From assembly GCA_036918135.1 (NCBI GenBank), contig JBALDB010000031.1, positions 55,838 through 119,837 on the forward strand: a stretch of 64,000 nucleotides of DNA, read 5' to 3'. Position numbers and translations under genes: made by a program. The notes beneath the pieces were generated by a model, which was not told the origin of the DNA, searched no databases, and saw only the letters and a list, made by a program, of their open reading frames with translations. This DNA is from Nostoc sp. Lineage in GTDB: Bacteria > Cyanobacteriota > Cyanobacteriia > Cyanobacteriales > Nostocaceae. The stretch's first letter is position 1, and each line of letters begins with the position of its first letter. Positions 60,016-64,000 of this stretch are shown here, piece after piece.

Positions 60016-60773
60016 TTAGAATATTTCTGCGTTCGCTTCATTTTTTGTTAATGGCGAAAAACTAAATACAGGTTTTTTAATTGACCATTCTTTCAACTTT
60101 CGAGAACCATGTTGTTGTTCAACTCGTAAAGTCAAAGATAGCCAATTTTGCCAATGACAAAAAAGTTGTTTTGGCAGAAATATTTTTGATGGAGCAACAT
60201 ATGGACATGATTCTGGTTGCGCCATTGCATGAACTAATTTGTAGCAGGCTTTAGTATCATCATAAGCCCGATGTTTCCCTCCACCTGGAAGTTTCTGCCA
60301 TTTGTTATTTCCCCACTCGACCATTCGCCATAGTAGTCAGCATAAAGAAGCATGGCGCAATCAGCTTGAAACTCTATTCTTGGTAAATCGTAATAGTCGC
60401 AACAGTTGTCGAGAATTGCGATATCAAAACTGGCGTTGTAAATACAAACAGATTTACCTTCAAGTATTTGTTTCAACCAGGGATAAATTAGAGAGAACTC
60501 CGGGGACTGGGCGACCATTTCATTTGTGATTCCATGAATTCTGGTCGTTTCAGCAGGAATTGAAACTGGTGGTTTAACTAGTGTATTGATTAAGGAACTT
60601 CCATGATGTGAAAGAATGCATATTTCTACCAAGTAAGCGTTATTTAGTCCTGTTGTTTCAGTGTCTAAGAAGTTGGGATTTGAAGCAATTATTTTTTGAG
60701 CTTCAATCATGGCTTGGTAACGATCTGTGCTATAAGCCTTTGTATTAAAAGCTGGTAGAATATTGGTAAGCAT
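60016..60773 (-). pseudogene. DnaQ-like (DEDDh) 3'-5' exonuclease, frameshifted near 60318
   Basis: ExoI LDTETTG and ExoII YNASFD lie in 60234-60773; ExoIII HRAYDD lies in a different frame (60016-60324). Confidence 0.82.
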
Positions 60774-60855
60774 GGGCTAATAAAAAAGTCGTTTGAAGGT
60801 TTGATCCAAGGCTCTACTTTAGTGGGGTACAGAGAAGGGGATGGTACTACCCGCC

Positions 60856-62217
60856 TCAATGCTCGAAGGGCTGGAGTGAACCGCGTGCCTGAAATAAAAA
60901 CTCCTTAGCCTGTGCCCCATTTTCAACTGTCTGAGCGCACGCTATAGCGTTTCCCGACCACTTCCAGCCGAGTCGATCGCCACTGCCTTCCACTTCTCCC
61001 AAACCTCTGTCAGCCAGCGCCGCAAAGACGATCCGCACTTCATCTGGTTGCATACCGTCAAACAGTCGGCTGGATTGCAGAAGTATTCGAGCTTTCAAAA
61101 CCTCACCTGGGTGCTGTTGTCCCCAGTTAAGAATAAATTGCTCGTATTCGTTGAGGTCTTTTGAGAGCGATCGCGCCTCATCATCTCGGTGGCTGGAGGT
61201 TTGCAACAGAGGATTGGCATCGTCCACCGCAGGCATCGCGTTTGGTTGCCACAGTCCCAAATCCAACTCACAAGGGCAATCATCGACCAAAAATCGCTTT
61301 TTACCTCCAGCTTTTAGCCATTGCTCCAACTGGGAATTTTTCAGCGTTGACTTGGCATAATCCTGAGCTTTCTTTCCTAACCGGATACGTACAAAGCAGG
61401 TATCAAGGATATCAGCGTCACCCTCAAGGGCAAAGTTAGCAGCTGTGTCATTTTGGGCCAAAACCATAATGAACTGCTTGCGCTTCCTTCCCACTTTGGC
61501 GTGCTGCTTTATCCACTGCGCGGCGTTGTTGCAGTCAGCTAACACTGGGAACTCTTCAGCAATGTATAATCGTGCGTGTTCCACTGGGATCTCCTTTGAT
61601 ACCTCTTTGCGGTAAACTTTCATGGACTCTAGATGGTCAAGGGCTGATTGCATTGCGGCGTTGACCTCTGCTAGTCCACCGTCACCAATCAAGTTTTCTG
61701 GTTTCACCTAAGCCCAATCACCCTTGGCTGAATCGATATCATAAACAACGACTTTCCCGCCAATGCGAGTAGAGAAATATTGAGCTTGGGTTGACTTGCC
61801 GTCACCAGTCCCGCCCACGAGAGCAACGTGTTTTTGTACTTTGTTGACGTATTCAACTGGGTCAGTAATTATATTTTCGGGTTGCCAATTGGCATCAATA
61901 CCAACAGTGAGCGCTAACTGTGCTGTGGGCTGAGTTTGGGTTTTGACCCAAGATTGAAAGTTCGCCCGCGATGCCGACTCGATGTCGCCCAAAGTTTGGG
62001 ACAGTTGCTTGACGATGTGTCGTTGCCATCGCCCTGTCTCCAGCGAAATGACTGCTGTAGCTAGAATCCAGGGTTTATATTGTCTTGCGTCCCCCTGGAG
62101 CGATACCCCCAAAGACAGCAAACCACAACTGACAATCAAAGCTCCCCAGGATGACCAGTTAGCACGGGTGTACATCTGCAATTGCTGGTGTAGCTGTGAT
62201 GGGTGTAATTCGGTCAT
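60856..62217 (-). pseudogene. Membrane-anchored FtsK/HerA-type P-loop ATPase with in-frame TAG at 61708-61710
   Basis: Walker A GGTGDGKS upstream of the stop; IAEE and GRK…VLAQ downstream in the same frame; ATGA overlap at 62214-62217. Confidence 0.78.
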
Positions 62218-62569
62218 AGTCCCAAAATTACCCCCAACGCCACTAGAAAGGCACGAAATGTCAATTCTTCGTCCACGTCTGGCACTGCTTGTCGTAAATA
62301 ACACATGAGGGCGCCAGTTATTGCTAAAACTCCCAACACCCCCAAGCGTATAAAACTGGGTAACGGAAGCGATACCCAACAGCTGGTTAAAAGTGCGGGA
62401 ATTGCCACAGATGCGGCGACAGCAAAGGCCATGTCTGCCAGAGTGTCTGGGAAAGCTATCGCTTCAATCCACCCCTTTTTAAATTCCTCTAGTTTGTTGG
62501 TTTGGGGACTGGAGAATAATCAGAGCGGTTTGGAACCTCAACTACAATTTTGGGCTGTTCATCTGGCAT
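62214..62569 (-). pseudogene. Small multi-TM protein, apparently frameshifted near 62500
   Basis: GAGG RBS plus ATG 62569 (MPDEQPKIVVEV…) ends at a TAG near 62490; a different frame continues …KLEEFKKGWIEAIAFPDTLADMAFAV into the 72-aa TM ORF. Confidence 0.55.
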
Positions 62570-62708
62570 GATTCACCTCACAGTTGACCCGAATAATGTC
62601 TACAGTGGCTCTCAGGCTCAGTGCCGCCAGGGGCATGAGCAACAGCAAGATAATTAACGCTCCCATCGCTTCCCCTAAGGCAGAAGTAATGCGTGATGGT
62701 TTTTTCAT
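62559..62708 (-). CDS. 49-aa single-TM protein (absent from ORF track)
   Basis: Hand translation MKKPSRITSALGEAMGALIILLLLMPLAALSLRATVDIIRVNCEVNHAR; overlaps the next start. Confidence 0.5.
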   Translation of the reverse strand: MKKPSRITSALGEAMGALIILLLLMPLAALSLRATVDIIRVNCEVNHAR

Positions 62709-62781
62709 GGATGAAAGCCCCTTCGTGGGGCTTGTTGGTTAGTCGAGTAAGCCATCAAGTATGGCGTTGAATCTGTGACTA

Positions 62782-63171
62782 TTAGGTGTCTAATTGCGAT
62801 CGAAGATCGTCTAGGAGTGATTCTGGTTTTTCAGTTTCAGGAGAGGAGTTTTTAAAAAAAGCCTCTGGGTTGTCAGGAATAAATTCCAACCTGACACGAA
62901 ATCGTCCCTTTTGCCAGCCGCCGCCTGCTGTACGAAGAATCTCGCACTCCCACCCCTTTTCCGTAAACCAAGGATGTGTTTCTCTCATGTCCTTAGATGC
63001 CCAAGAAGCTAGGGAATTCATCATCTCGTCCAGCTTAATCATTGTCACTAGTAATCCGAACCATTTTGCATGAATAGATACAACATCATCCTTGCTCAAA
63101 CCCAATCTGCCATCAGGGTCTAGCCCAAATCTTTCGATACTCATTTCGATTTTCTCTTTCGTAGACAACAT
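62782..63171 (-). CDS. KGK domain protein
   Basis: WF.E.G..CEIL…WQKGRFRVRLEFIPD…LDDLR pattern. Confidence 0.8.
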   Translation of the reverse strand: MLSTKEKIEMSIERFGLDPDGRLGLSKDDVVSIHAKWFGLLVTMIKLDEMMNSLASWASKDMRETHPWFTEKGWECEILRTAGGGWQKGRFRVRLEFIPDNPEAFFKNSSPETEKPESLLDDLRSQLDT

Positions 63172-63343
63172 GGCGGCTCAAGCGCCAACTTGATCCGCCT
63201 TTCCTAAGTTTTCCCAACGCTTGAAGGATCAAAGCCTATGAACAATTTCGAGGAAAAGTTTAAACACAAATACGGGTATCCTCTGATGCTTTCATCAAGG
63301 ACACCCGTAGATGGTGGAATGAGTTGCTCTACCAACTCAATTC

Positions 63344-63817
63344 ATGGAAATTCTACTTTACTGGATCATCAAAGCAATATGTATCTTGTTGCCAGCGCTT
63401 TACTATTACCATCACGCTAAGCAAGAACAAAACCCCAAGCCTCAATCATCCCCTGCAAAGCAAGCCAGGTATTCTCAGACCTATCTAACCAACCCCAGGA
63501 ATCGACAGCTACAAGCTCAACTTTTGGAAATATTGGAGGGTGATGTCTCAACTGCTAAACAATTACTGCAACAGCAGCGGCGAATGTTTCCCGACAGGCA
63601 TGACAACTGGTATCTGGCAAAAGTTATCCACAACCTGAAACACGGCAAAGATGAACTCAAAGACTACGAGGCTTATTTCCGACTTGTGACGATATTGCAG
63701 GGGGATGATGCCGCTGCCGACCGTCTACTACTTCAACAAAGGAATGCTTACCCAGGCAAACAATACGGTTGGTATTTAGAAAAAGTAATTTACGACTTGG
63801 AACGCGATCGGCGTTAG
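63344..63817 (+). CDS. Membrane-anchored protein with two tandem helical domains
   Basis: N-terminal TM; L..IL.GD…A..LL.QQR…P….WYL.KVI..L occurs twice. Confidence 0.75.
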   Translation: MEILLYWIIKAICILLPALYYYHHAKQEQNPKPQSSPAKQARYSQTYLTNPRNRQLQAQLLEILEGDVSTAKQLLQQQRRMFPDRHDNWYLAKVIHNLKHGKDELKDYEAYFRLVTILQGDDAAADRLLLQQRNAYPGKQYGWYLEKVIYDLERDRR

Positions 63818-63841
63818 CTAACTCCAGCAATGCAGTTTAGC

Positions 63842-63880
63842 GGCGGCTGACTCTTCCCCAAGGACAGCCGCCATTTTTAT
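63842..63880 (+). terminator. Intrinsic terminator
   Basis: GGCGGCTG…CAGCCGCC stem followed by ATTTTT. Confidence 0.65.
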
Positions 63881-64000
63881 TGCCAACACCCAATACACCA
63901 GCAATAAGAGAAGAAGGTGCTGCAACTCGCAGACGGCCAAAAATTGGCGTGAAGTATGCAGTTCTTTCGCCCTTGGCCGCTGCTGATGCAGCTTTTACAA

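Larger units (their letters stand above)
58771..64000. mobile_element. Left part of an integrative element (probably continues beyond window)
   Basis: Integrase at the boundary, followed by exonuclease, P-loop ATPase, small membrane and KGK genes, several of them disrupted. Second att site not visible. Confidence 0.72.

Noticed and set aside
61708..61710. Pyrrolysine or programmed readthrough of the TAG in the ATPase
   Set aside because: No such system is known in cyanobacteria, and neighbouring genes are also disrupted, so a nonsense mutation is simpler.
1..64000. CRISPR array, tRNA or rRNA genes
   Set aside because: No repeat-spacer periodicity or recognisable structural RNA gene was seen. 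The periodic repeats found are protein-coding (TPR, FG-GAP, RTX).
1..64000. High density of GCGATCGC (HIP1) and heptamer STRR runs
   Set aside because: Normal for Nostocales; only the split or duplicated sites are reported.
63881..64000. Possible 3' end of a minus-strand gene entering from the right edge
   Set aside because: More than one frame is open and none is recognisable, so it cannot be called.

Overview
This window comes from a filamentous cyanobacterium, most likely Nostocales, judged from abundant HIP1 (GCGATCGC) sites, heptamer STRR repeats, Uma2/COP23/KGK genes and an ebo cluster. Core genes are the eboB-C-E-F cluster (eboB cut by the left edge), ycf19/upp, the sRNA IsaR1 with its Fur-type promoter, crtH, ftsH3, a pabC-like aminotransferase, an rppA-like regulator, hisG, a COP23 protein, an M48 peptidase, psb34 (missed by the ORF track) with a decayed tandem copy, ylqF, fdhD and an FdhF/YdeP oxidoreductase. 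Signalling loci are an enteric-style cheA-cheW-mcp-cheB-cheR operon with a divergent cheY-cheC-hybrid kinase operon, and a DXCF cyanobacteriochrome kinase/Rcp1-like/hybrid kinase operon. Accessory material includes two uncharacterised AT-rich gene sets (10.4-11.8 kb and 27.7-30.1 kb), a TPR protein, a secreted protein, several MITEs and 24-27 nt elements inserted in frame into HIP1 sites. A 4.2-kb FG-GAP/RTX cassette is bracketed by a duplicated fdhF 3' end that stops exactly at GCGAT|CGC. At the right edge is a partly decayed integrative element (tyrosine integrase, DnaQ-like exonuclease, membrane-anchored FtsK/HerA-type ATPase with small membrane proteins, KGK protein) abutting the fdhF start. 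No CRISPR array, tRNA or rRNA was recognised. All family calls come from motif recognition by eye; no searches were run.
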